Origin: Amphiscolops sp. MND2022
Taxonomy: Eukaryota
Direction of reading: 5' to 3'
Assembly (NCBI GenBank): GCA_964187785.1
Contig: OZ076409.1
Span: 59,212,001-59,276,000, forward strand
DNA: 64,000 bases
Positions 37,701-49,200 of the stretch are shown here, one piece after another. Position 1 is the stretch's first letter. Each line of letters begins with the position of its first letter. A program made the translations under genes and the position numbers. The notes beneath the pieces were generated by a model that made no database searches, had not been told where the DNA came from, and was given only the letters and a program-made list of their open reading frames with translations.

Positions 37701-39542
37701 CCAGCTGGATTACCAAATCTAATATTAAAGATTTCCTTAGAGTATCGCAAAAGTTTCAATTGAAACGCTTACTCAAGGACATTTTCATAAATTGAGATAT
37801 GCCAAAAAACAATGTGCTACATGTACGATTTTTTTGGTTGCAGACAATATTGAGCCTGAGGACTGATTTTCAATATCGCCATTTTTAAGTTTTTGAAGTG
37901 CAAATTATCGGCAATAACATGAATACTTTAGTGGCAACTGAAGCTTTTGAAAAAAAAACAAGAAACTCTGGTTGGTTCTAGGCTGAAGGTATCTGCAATT
38001 TAGCGAATGCTCTGCAATATAACACGAATTTACGGGTGCTGAATTTGAATGACAACATCATCACTGAGAGAGGAGCTTTGCCTCTAATAGACGGTTTGAA
38101 AGACTTGCCTAATTTAGAAGAACTCAATTTGGGCGACAGCATCATTCGAAACGAAGGTGCTCTCAAACTTGCCTCTGTAGCCCCAACTAGTTGGCCCAAA
38201 CTTCAACTGCTGAATCTTTCAGCTTGTGAGATTGAGTTGAGTGGAGGTTTGGCCATCGTGAATTCACTGAAAATCAAGAAAAATCTGAAAAGTTTGGATT
38301 TGAATTGCAACCATTTCGGAGAAAACGGGGTTGAAGAAATAAAAAAGAATTTCACAACCAATGGAGTCCTGGATGAAAGTGTCTTGATGCCAATTGATGA
38401 CGATCAGGGTGAAAAGTCGGATGATGAGACAGACGAAGCTGCTGGTGATATGGAAAAAGGCACCGGTGCTGTCAAGTCTGAAGATTACGTCAATGTTAAT
38501 ACGTTGCAAAGTTTCTTAGCCAAACCGACGTTAGTTTGCCTTCTTATAGTCAAGTTTCTTGGAATTTTTAAGCTCCTGAAGTGCAGAAATTTGTTTTCAA
38601 AACCTGAATGCTGCTACTGTTGAAAGAAATCGGAGATCCAACTGGACTGGAGACACGTAAATATTCGCTTTTGCAGGATTTGGGGAGCGTAAATAAATTA
38701 GTTGTATATTTCACTTATAACAGGATTGGCCGTTTTGGAACTTCGGTTCAAAATGATCTTTTAAAAAACTGTTATTGGCTCGAGTAGAAAAAAAACGTTT
38801 CAAATTACAAGTTCCTCTAGACTGTTATATCACGAAACATTCGAACTTTTTTAAGTTTCCTAATTTCAAAGCTTGACGCTTTGAAACTTGAAGCTTGAGA
38901 AAGTTCTGATAATTTTTATGAATTTTGGCATGAAATCCAATTTTTGGCATGAATACGACAACTGGCATATTTTCATCTACCCACATATTTTTGGCCGCAG
39001 CACATCGTTGGAAAAATTAGCTAAATGTGCCTATAAATGGAAACTAAACATGAATCTTTTGAAATAGTTTGATTACCAATCCTGTGCTTCGTTTCAGTCC
39101 CGAATTGCTGGTTTCTTTTGGCGACAAGTACATAGAGGTCATATCGGAATACGTGCAAGACCGACTTACAGACCCCCTTTCAATTTCCAACCTTTTCCTC
39201 GACATCTCGACTGGGTGCATTGGCCATAACTGTGACGATCGAACACTCAAACTTCTAGACTGCCTCTTGCGAGAAGCAATTGAGCACCATGGACTTAGAA
39301 TCATGCAATTCTGTGACGTAATTTTGGAACAGTGTGGTTTGATTAAAAGCGAGCTGAAAATAAAACCGAGAAGTAATTTGACTGGTCCTTTGATTGCGTT
39401 ATCTCACATCGTCAGGCAAGATTATTTCACGAAAGATGTTAGACTTGTGCTCAAAGCCTTTTTTGGAAGACCCGACAAACCGCATTTATTGCAGTTCAAT
39501 AATGAAAGATCCAAACTTATGTCAACTTTACATTCCATTTGA
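34570..39542 (+). CDS. RANGAP1: Ran GTPase-activating protein 1. Exons 34570-34789, 36826-37082, 37373-37516, 37982-38529, 39098-39542
   Basis: LSFEGRGKKLDSA, GNTVG, DIFTGR, LSDNAFGP, LRLNNNGLG, FIAGRNRLEN, IPQNGI, LNLNDN, an acidic linker, FLAKPTPELL and the SUMO motif GLIKSE. Junction phases are consistent, one needing a GC donor. Confidence 0.95.
35316..36128 (+). mobile_element. HINE-like family C element enclosing a 172-bp tandem array
   Basis: subTIR AGGAGTCGG (35320) / CCGACTCCT (36097); 5' partial IR CGACTACT; 3' hairpin CCGCA-CA-TGCGG, then CTCTGGTT. Confidence 0.7.
35390..36075. repeat. ~172-bp tandem repeat, about 4 copies
   Basis: AAAAACTGTCCATACGATT recurs at 35402, 35574, 35746 and 35919. 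Confidence 0.92.
36826..37082 (+). CDS. RANGAP1: RanGAP1 exon 2
   Basis: GRSREELPPSL...LSDNAFGP...LNNNGLG. Confidence 0.92.
37373..37516 (+). CDS. RANGAP1: RanGAP1 exon 3 (not in the ORF track)
   Basis: DAMSEPFQLEVFIAGRNRLENPGCSDMAKVFDMMRSLVHIEIPQNGIQ. Confidence 0.88.
37982..38529 (+). CDS. RANGAP1: RanGAP1 exon 4
   Basis: LRRs plus acidic stretch; donor AC|gttagt. Confidence 0.9.
39098..39542 (+). CDS. RANGAP1: RanGAP1 terminal exon, C-terminal domain
   Basis: PELLVSFGDK...GLIKSE...GPLIALSHIVRQDYF. Confidence 0.9.
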
Positions 39543-41822
39543 ATAATTTCGCTGCATGGTTTTCCTTCCACTTTCTGTATCCAGCATAAAAGAAATTGTA
39601 ACGTGCTTCGGATTTGAACAATTCAGTGATTTAGAAAATATTTATTTGATGAAAAATGTTTCCCAGATCCACAATCCCTAAAAACCTCCAAAAGCAACTC
39701 TTGCTGATCAAACTGTCTTAGACCAATGCAAAGTTGGTGGTTTGACCGATGACCATATGAGCATCTATGTTGGCAATTGCCGGTAGTTAAACCAGTTTAC
39801 AAAATGAAATTAGTCGTAAAAAATAATTTCATAAGAATCATTCAAGAACTCAAATACAAAAATCGTGTGAAAATCAAATCTATTTTAAATGTGATCACGA
39901 TCATCTAAATCACAACACGAAACAGTTTTTTTCTCGGGACTTAATATTTTTGTCCATTCAGAGGATGATTTGATTGTCTATAATCAAACAAGGTTTTTTC
40001 TACAAAGCCTTGATTTTCTGTTCAACTTATATATAAGCTCGGAAAGAAAACTGCTCGAAATTGCATGAAGTTTTGCTCGTTTCATTATAAGATTCAAGGA
40101 GACTGAAGCAAATAGAAAAATAGACTAGAGAGTAGAGTGGCCTTAATGGCCTACTGTAACTCTAGGAAGCGCCCCGATTCTGCCAGCAGCATCCGCTGTC
40201 GCAGTCTCTCTGCATTAGTCCAATAACGCCACATCCGGTTCAACTGGCCCTCTGATATGTGGTTAGCCTGGAATATCACAAGATATAACTCCTCAGCTGA
40301 AATAGCAGAACATCTCCCTCCTAAACTAGGATTCTCGACTCCCAGGACCGCCCGAAGAGTTGTAGCTGAAAATTAGCGAACTCCTCCCAGTCGGGAGCCG
40401 TGACAGACACATAGCCGCGATGACCCCTCGTCCACCGGGACGTGTCCACCCACTCCAGTGAACGACAGATAAGTCCCCAGTCAAATATATCCATTAAAGC
40501 CTCTGTCCGGATTGCTTAACTCTCTCCGTATTGTTATACCGAGAGGACGCCTCACTGGGGTCACTACTGGAACTCCAATAGGCAAAGAGGTGTCCGGGCG
40601 ACTGGGCCCGGCCATGGGCTCCCTTGATGGAGCCATAGACACTGAGACAGAAGGAGCAGAAGACGACGGGGAGGCCTCAACCGCAGAAAACGACGGAGGC
40701 CGCAGCAACAGCAGAAGATGCTGTGACATCCGCAGACGCAATATCGTTAGAGGCATTACGGTTGTTGCTGATTGCTAAACTAAACAAGATAATTGAAAGT
40801 CATGTAACCCTACATATTCATTCAATCGTTAACTATTTACCCTAGTTTTCAAATAAAACTCTTGCCAGATTTCGAAATTTTCTGTCAGTCCTTACGACCT
40901 CACACGAGACCGTATTCATAATCTTCATTTACATATGTTCTCCAACGCAATCAAATAACTGATGAATAAATTTTCTGATTTGCTGTTTGACAAAGAACTG
41001 AGCGACCTCACACCTCATCGATGATCATAATCAAAATCGACGACCACCTTTCACATATTATGGACATCCAGAAACAGTCCTCGACGCAGAACATCATCCA
41101 AGCTTACGCAATAGCAGAAGAAAGTAAAGCGTACACTTCTCTGTCCGAATCACCCATATACCCATTGTTGGAGAGTTTACTTTATAACTGTACACCTACA
41201 GAAGTCTTCAAGAGCCAAGTCAGTTGTTTGTCCTCGCCGCCTAAACTTAGTCTCAAGTGTGATATCAAGGACTACTTCCAATCCCATTTCCAACGTATTC
41301 TTTGGACTCCCATCCAACATAAAGGGCAAATACAGTCAATCTTTAACGAAATCACTACAACGGCTATACAAAATCGCATACTTCCACCAGAAAATACGGA
41401 AGCTTTAGTTCTCTTCCCCATCCTCTTTGGATTAAAAATATGCGCTTATCTTCCTTACATTCAAGCAGTACTTACTTCAACATCCTGACGTCCTTAGAGA
41501 CGAAGCTTTCCAAGAGGAGATTAAAATCAAATATCTACCCGCTCATGTTGAAAATTACTATGATGGAATAAAGACTGTGCTGTGCCTAGAAGTGTAACTC
41601 AGTCCTAACCTTTACTTCCTTTTTTATAATTCAACATTTTCGTTTCCTATACACTTTCTGAACACAGATATCTCGTTTACAAATACTGCTTTGCATTTAC
41701 ACAATGTCTTTTTCGCGTGTACATGCAAGGCACTTCTCAGTATTACACGGAGTAAGCTATTGAGACTTTCTTACTCATTCTATCAATAATAGACCGTCTC
41801 CTGAAAGTGCTTTGAAAAATGG

Positions 41823-42420
41823 AACAAGCCGGGACCGGTCCAAGTCGGCGTCATATCCAAGGCTCAAAAATAGCAAAAAGACTTCCAAGTGTCAAGTATT
41901 CTTTTACAGTACTCGAAAAACGAAAATTTTACGAAAAAAATTTTTCGAAAAAAATTACATCCGGGCCCCTGGCGCGCTGAAAGGAGGACACTTCCGAAAT
42001 TGTCAACATTTTTGTCGCAGTTGAGGGGGTTTTGTCGCAAAACATCAAAAATTTGAAGGGGGAAAATGTTTTTATTTTCGGAAAAAAACTGATAGGGATT
42101 TTCCAACATTCATTCTGTCGCAAAACAGCAAAAAAACTGAAGGGGGGGCCCTTTGAGGAAAAAAAATTTCCGGAAAAAAGTCTCGCAGTGCCGAAAAAAA
42201 TTGGAAGGGGCGACCCTTTGGTCTCACCGGGTATGGTATGTCACGCGGGAAAACAGGAAAAACCTTTCTGGTTCAATTCGCTAGACCAAATAGTGCAATT
42301 TGGTGCAATAATATTTTGTAAAACTTTTGTAGAACTATTTTGGTCAGTTCAGGTGGTCTTAAAAAAACACTGACGAAAAGCCATGACTATAGTCGACTCG
42401 AAGAAAAGCGCCGACTAAAA
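41823..42420 (-). mobile_element. HINE-like family A copy
   Basis: AACAAGCCGGGACCGGTCCAAGTCGGCG at the left; GCGCCGACTAAAA at the right. Confidence 0.8.
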
Positions 42421-43695
42421 AGCGAGAGCAGCTGAGCTGACTACTACTGATAATAATTGAACAGTCCCTTGAAAAGGGAAAGTAGGAAAATAAAATTAAT
42501 TATGCGTGCGAGAAGTTTTTCTCGGTATTGACGCCCTGAGTTTCAGAGTTTCAAAATTCAGTTCGCAGAATTTTGAAGTTCTTGACGCCTTTTGATCCTT
42601 CAATGGGGCACCGACTTCTCCGCATGAAGTTACGAGGACTCTATGGAAGCAAAATAAAATGTGAGACAATATGCGATGTAATCTGTATTTTCACTATTTC
42701 CACTGTGCTTATACATTTTTACTTCATCGGTACTTTCCAATGCCTATCATTGGTCGTCAGTGGTATCGGCCGTCACAAGTTACACGGGACTCCTATTGAA
42801 TAGAGACAGCAGTCCAGATCTTTAAAAGGTATCAGAACGAGGTCAGATGGGAAGACATTTGCCGTACCAAAAATCTAAAACTTGATCGGTGTTTTTTGTT
42901 CAATTTTTGTATGAAGGGAAGGAAAATCAAATTTTGTGATTGATTTGAAACTGATGAGCGAAAGTGTGTTAATTTATTTGTTTTGTGTTTCTCATTTTTT
43001 CGATTGAATTCAATTTCATTAGAATAAGTTGTGAATTTAAATGTGTCATTTTGAGCACTTCGATCAATAATGTATTCGACAGCTGCTTAGCAGGTGATTT
43101 TTGCGATGGCGGAAAATGAGCTGTGTTCATCGGAGAGAGCATCGTTGTTTTTAACGTTTTTCACGCCACTATTTTGTCTGAACTATTTCATTTAACTTAA
43201 CAAGAACGTTCTTCAAATAATAATTTCATTTGCTTTAAAGTTTGAGTCCCGGACAATTCAAAACCAGGGTTTTTGGTTTAAATGTATAGTAGAATCATAG
43301 CTTTTTGCCAATATAAACAAACGACAGATTAATTCAAACCATAAGTATAACTGTAGCGCCCCAGTTACTGTATAACTGATAGTGGTGTTCTAAAATAATG
43401 CATCTTAGTTGCGTAAAATATCAATTTTCAGTGGAAAAATACATTGAAATCTCGAATAAGAGAAATTCCTCCGGGTGCTTGTGAGTGGGTGGGGATTAAA
43501 AACATGGTCCCTTATGTTTTTCAATTATTCCAACATGCTCCGAGATATTCAAATCTAAAAAAAATGTTTGCAGACGATTTCTTAATCACAGTACTAAAGA
43601 TGATTTTTTTTCCTGAAGTTCATTTTGTAGAAAAGTGAAACATTTTGAGGGTTATCAGTGGATGATAAACATCTTTCAAGTTATTTGGAGCAAAC

Positions 43696-44128
43696 CAGAG
43701 GTGTGATCGCTAACAATTTTATCGCTAATCGCTAACATCGCTAATGGCTTGATTCCATCGCTATCGCTACAATAAAATAGGTTCGCTAACGCTATCGCTA
43801 ATTAAAAAATCTGATTTTCAAGATATACATTTAAAAGTTTCAGAATTGTACTTAAAAAGTAACAAATTTTGATTTTTTTGAGCAAAATCTGATTCGCCTT
43901 GGGTTCTGTACATTGCCGGGCACCCTGAATAACCATTCGCAAGAAAATAAAAGCCAAGCCACAGCCAATATGTGTCAAGTTATTCGCATTAAATTATTGC
44001 ATTACTTAATTTTGGATTATTTAGCGAATAAAAATGTTCGCTAACGATTGAATTTGTCGCTAACTATCGCTATCGCTAATTCATGCTGAATTGTCGCTAA
44101 CGCTACCGCTATCGCTGTCACACCTCTG
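43696..44128. mobile_element. hAT-type MITE
   Basis: 11-bp TIR CAGAGGTGTGA/TCACACCTCTG; TSD GAGCAAAC/TAGCAAAC (7 of 8); ATCGCTA subterminal repeats at both ends. Confidence 0.85.
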
Positions 44129-45821
44129 TAGCAAACATGACATCAAGCACTTGAAGAACTTCTCATCGAGTTTGCGGCTTCTGTTAGAAGAATATTTCAT
44201 CTCTAATACGATTCTTATAATTTGTTTCGAAAGCCCTATGCTGATGATTCCCTTACATGAGCTGAATCTCCATTTTTCACCTTTTCAGTTGTGACATGCC
44301 GCCTCAGTCATCGAATATATTGCCAGGCCATCATCACTCGTCCTTATCTTTTTCCTCCCGTGACCTTAGCTGACCTCTGACCTCAAGTTATGTTGACCTC
44401 AAATTCACTCTTCCAACAAATTACTCACTCAACAGCTTTTATTTTTTTGCTCGACAAATTCACATGCAGGGATGTTATAAGCTTTGATCATTTGAGAATC
44501 TTATTGCTAGAAACATTAGCTTTAAATGCGATGAGATTGAGAGAATGAACAATCCTGTCATGTTGTGCATTTTGGAACGTTTTTGGTATCAAATATTTTT
44601 GGTAAAAATTTCACATTGCCGGTTTAGGTATTTTTCGAATATCAATAACTTTATGCTTTTCTAATGATGTGCTGCAGTCAAAATTTACATCAAAATTAAA
44701 GTAGCCCTTCAATTTTCAAATTTTCCTACGACTTCAAATCTTCGCCTTTAAGTTTGAAGCTTATGTTCAAGTGACGAATAATCAGGCCATTCCAAGCTTG
44801 AAGTTGTTCGAAAAATGCAAATTATTTGCGAACATTGATCAAATAGCAAGTACGTGATTCATAGAAAACTTTATCCATAAAAAATTGCCAAAAATCAATG
44901 GACTTGAAAGAACGACTGATGCTTTTTGTAAATGTTTCTAGATTTCCGCAATTATTGAAGAATTCCATTTATATATTCGAAACTAAAAACAGCATGAAAT
45001 CAGTTTTTAATTCCAAGTAAAGAACGGATGACTTCAAGTGGAATTTTTTAAGCGTTTGTTGGCTAAGTAAAATTGATCTTCGCTAGCCAAATAGAGTGAA
45101 GTGCGTCACCTCTTCGATTGCGAAGTAGCTGCTGTTGATGTCAAGATTGCATTAAGTCGATGTTTCTTGGTCAAAATACTATCTATTCAAAGTTTCGAAT
45201 TATTTTTAGACAAAAAACTCCAACTTAACAGGAATTTTTATTTTGCCATTAGTGTTAATTTTCTGGAGACCAAGCATTCCTTTGGTATAAGTCCTTAGTT
45301 GAGCTCGAATATACAGTGGTAATTGCTTAAAAACAACCCTCTCCGTGACTTTTTCTGAGTTATGTTTAGCCATTATTGTTTTTAAGGGATAGTGCATAAT
45401 AACTATCAGCCGGTGCATCCACTCAGAGTTATTAAGCTTTGTTATTAGAGCAAGTGTTATTTTATCCAATTAGCACTGTAGTTGCATATAGTCTATTGTA
45501 TTGTTCAACCGCCCCGGTCTTCTAAGTTTATAGGGTATTGCGCTTTAAAAAAGTATATTTGAACAAATCACGATGAAAACGTTATCACTTTTATATCAGA
45601 CAGAATTCAACGAGGTTTTGTTTTGTTATCTAATTGTCGAAGATCGGTCAGATGGCAAATATTTTCAGTTGAAATATCCTAACTTGAAATCTAGATAAAA
45701 TGGAATCAAAAGAGTCGCGCGTCCTTCTTTCGGGATGCTTTGCGCCCCTCCTGGTCGGCCTTCATCGAAATAGTCGCCGAACTACTAATTACTCGTCGCT
45801 GCGTTTAGAGCTGTGTGTCGG

Positions 45822-45832
45822 TGCCACGTATC
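45822..45832 (+). promoter_or_regulatory. Candidate XBP1/CREB3/ATF6-type UPR element upstream of EDEM3
   Basis: TGCCACGTATC, ~220 bp upstream of the ATG in a CpG-richer segment; compare the consensus GCCACGTCATC. Confidence 0.35.
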
Positions 45833-46044
45833 GGTATGTGAACTAAGCTAATCGCGATTATATAGTTTAGGAGATTTTTTACTTACGTGATCTTGACCTG
45901 ACACTCGAAAGTTATGTTACGATAATTTTGAAAAGTGTAAGTAAAAATCTCGGTCTCAATCCATTTTTATTCATTTTATAAATGCATCCCTGCTCACAGA
46001 GTCTTCCAGTGCTGACGTTTTTTCTGCTCAGAAACATAAGCAAA

Positions 46045-46246
46045 ATGAAGCTTCCTACTTCGGTGCTGTTCCCTTTGATACTACTAGCATGTAGTTTTGG
46101 GCCAAACCTGTTCCCTAGTGTAGAGGCTCTTAAGAAAACGAAGCAGCAACTGAGACTGGAGGTCCAGGAGATGATTCACCACGCATATGACAACTACATG
46201 CAGAATGCGTACCCGGGCGACGAACTCATGCCATTGTCTTGCCAAG
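46045..46246 (+). CDS. EDEM3: EDEM3 coding exon 1
   Basis: Signal peptide plus [16 protein letters not shown]. Confidence 0.9.
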
Positions 46247-49200
46247 GTTGGTTCCTTACTCAGAAGACTTCAAGACGCAAACATCTCAAATCGGCATCCG
46301 TTTAAGGCTCAATGAGCACGAAGTCGTTCCTATTTGTAATAGAGCTGTTTTTGATGAAAAAGCCGAAAAACTTCGCATTTCCGAAAGATAGCAAGAGGGA
46401 AGGGCTTTGGATGTTAATTTTTGTAAACACCTCAATAAGGTAGACAAAAGGAGTGCCTTTTGGATACTTTGTAATTCTTCTACGAGAAGTAGTAAATATG
46501 TATAACAAGTTGGGAACGGCATAAGTTCCCGATCTCAATCCAACTTGCTTAAACTTCAAAGAGCAAAGTCTTTTAATTTAAAAAAAGCTGTTTCTGAGAA
46601 AATTCTGAAAAATCTCACTCGGCCGAAGAATACCCAAAAAGAACGGATCCATTGGGCACATAAAGAGCTTTTTTCTAACTAAAAACATGGAAGAAAAAAC
46701 TTTCCCTTTTGCACACTTTTGTCGGCTTTAGATCTTATGCTAAGCTAAAAGTCTGTCGAAAAGTGGATCTCTAATCAATACTTTTTAAAACGTAGTTTTG
46801 CTCAGCGAACCTAAAACTGATATGTGCTCTTGTGACTCAACTCTATGTCGCGTTTAAAAGGTCGGGTGCGAGGTATGACCTCAAGCAGGGGCGACATTGA
46901 CGATGCGCTGGGCAATTTTGCACTGACACTGATTGACTCCCTGGACACACTGGCAGTGATAGGGGACCTGGACAGGTTCGAATCCGGGGTCAGAAAGGTC
47001 ATCGAAGACGTCAAGTTCGACTCAGACTTGGTCGTTTCTGTGTTCGAGACCAACATTCGTGTTTTAGGGGGATTAGTCAGTGCGCATGTAATGTCAAAGT
47101 TAGTTATGAAAATTCATTTTCAAGACCTCTGAAATGTTTCAGCTCTTCGAATTACTGTTGCCAATTTTTTAAAGCTGTTTTAGCCTTTCTTTGAACAGTT
47201 AAAGAAGTTGGTTTAAAAAGGCGATTCTTTGGCGCGCTCATGAACCGCTCATGTCGAGAAATTCAATTTTGACTCAAAAAACGTCCGGAAAAACGCCCTT
47301 TAACTTCATTTTGTAGCTGTACTAAAAGCTAGATGTACTTTTTGGGTCTATAGTTCATGTCAAAACTTCTTAAAAGGCATTAGTTTTGTCAAGTAGTTCC
47401 TGCTAACCGACTTGTTTTTGGTTTTAGAATGATGAAACACGAAGGCATAGCCATGTCGTGGTACAAAGACGAGCTTCTATATATGGGCATAGAACTGGCC
47501 AATCGGCTGTTGCCTGCGTTCAACACCTCTACAGGGGTTCCCCATTCCAGGGTCAATCTCAAGTACGGAGTGCACCATCCAAAGGTCAGTCATTGTCATC
47601 AACACCTTTGAAAACGTTCAATATTGCGATACTGCGAGCTCTTAAAATTAAGATATTTAATAAATCTCGACCCTCCGTTTTTAGGTAACAACTCTTGAAA
47701 AAAGACTGAAGTTTTTCACCAAAACCTCGACTTTAATGCCAATTTCTTTCCGACTTCGAATCATTCATAACAAGCAGGGGTCCGTTTCATTTTCAAAATA
47801 TTAGTAACCTGCCACACTGAATGACCTTTATACCATAATCATGTTTTACTGTTACTTTATACTTTATCAGTTTCATATGAATTCCGTTTAACAGTTTAAA
47901 AAATCATTGAATGGCAATCACTATTAAAGGCTGGTATCAAGCATGATGGCACGACATGCACTGCGTGTGCCGGAACGTTCCTTTTGGAGTTTGCAGCTTT
48001 AAGTCGCCTCATGGGAGACTCCATCTACGAAACAAAAGCGAGAACTGCTATGGACTACCTTTGGTCCAAGAGAAGTTTAACTTCGGATCTTGTGGGCACC
48101 ATTCTCAACGTCAAAACTGGGGAATGGATTAAGAAACACGCTGGTCTCGGGGCAGGTATTGACTCCTATTACGAGTATATTTTCAAGTATTATATACTAC
48201 AAGGAGATCAAAGCTACCTGGATCGATTCAATAAACATTACGATGCCATCAAAAAATACATCCTGGAGGGACCTTTGTTGTTGAATGTCAACATGCAGAA
48301 ACCTGAAATTGTGTACCGCTCGCATCTTGACGCACTCAGTGCTTTTTGGCCCGCTATTCAGGTTAGTGTTTATGCAGTTAGTGAAAAATGTTGTTGATTT
48401 CAAAAATATCGTTTAATGTTCGATCAAAACATCAAATGTGCACCCACGTATTAAATTGGAAGAAAATGTTTTTGAGCTGCTCAAACTTTTGGTTGTTTTC
48501 TGATTTGTTTGTGAAATCCCATTTTCGAAACCGGAAAGTAGATTCTATGGCATGTAGCTTTTGTCAGTGAAAAATTCCTCCATCTAATTCAAAATTGGAT
48601 TAAAGTAGAACCTTAGCGCGGCATTTCAGGTGCTGAAGGGCGATCTGAAGTCTGCGATTGAAGTACATGAAGTGTTCTACCAAGTTATCAAGCAACACAA
48701 GTTCTTGCCTGAAGCCTTCAATTCTCAATTCAAGACAGTTTGGAATCACCACCCCATCAGACCCGAGTTTGTTGAGAGCACTTACTTCCTGTACAGGGCC
48801 ACCGGGGATACTCATTATTTAGACGTGGCTGAATACATGGTCGAAGCAATACAGAATTTCACTAGGTAGTCATCAGTCAAATCGGTTATGGTCCACTTTC
48901 TTGTTCATTTGTTCAACTTGAACTGCGGATGTTCAAAACATACTCGAAACGTCAGAACCTCAAAAACATGCTAAGGATTCCCCTTTGGCTATCTTGGTGT
49001 TTTTAACTTGGATTTTTTGGAACTGAGACTTTTTGCGGACTTTTTTGAGACATTGGGGGAGCAATGATGTAGTGGTTAGAGCATTCGGCCTTTACTGGGC
49101 TGTAGCAGGTTCGAATCTCTCTCAACTCACCATTGTTGGTCCTTAAGCAAGTCCTTCATCCCTAGCTTAGTGGTATGGTCAATGACAAAAATTAACGCAT

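Noticed and set aside
38587..38660. Extra RanGAP1 exon
   Set aside because: It hits a stop in the required phase, and the direct 38529-39098 junction restores the conserved FLAKPTPELL.
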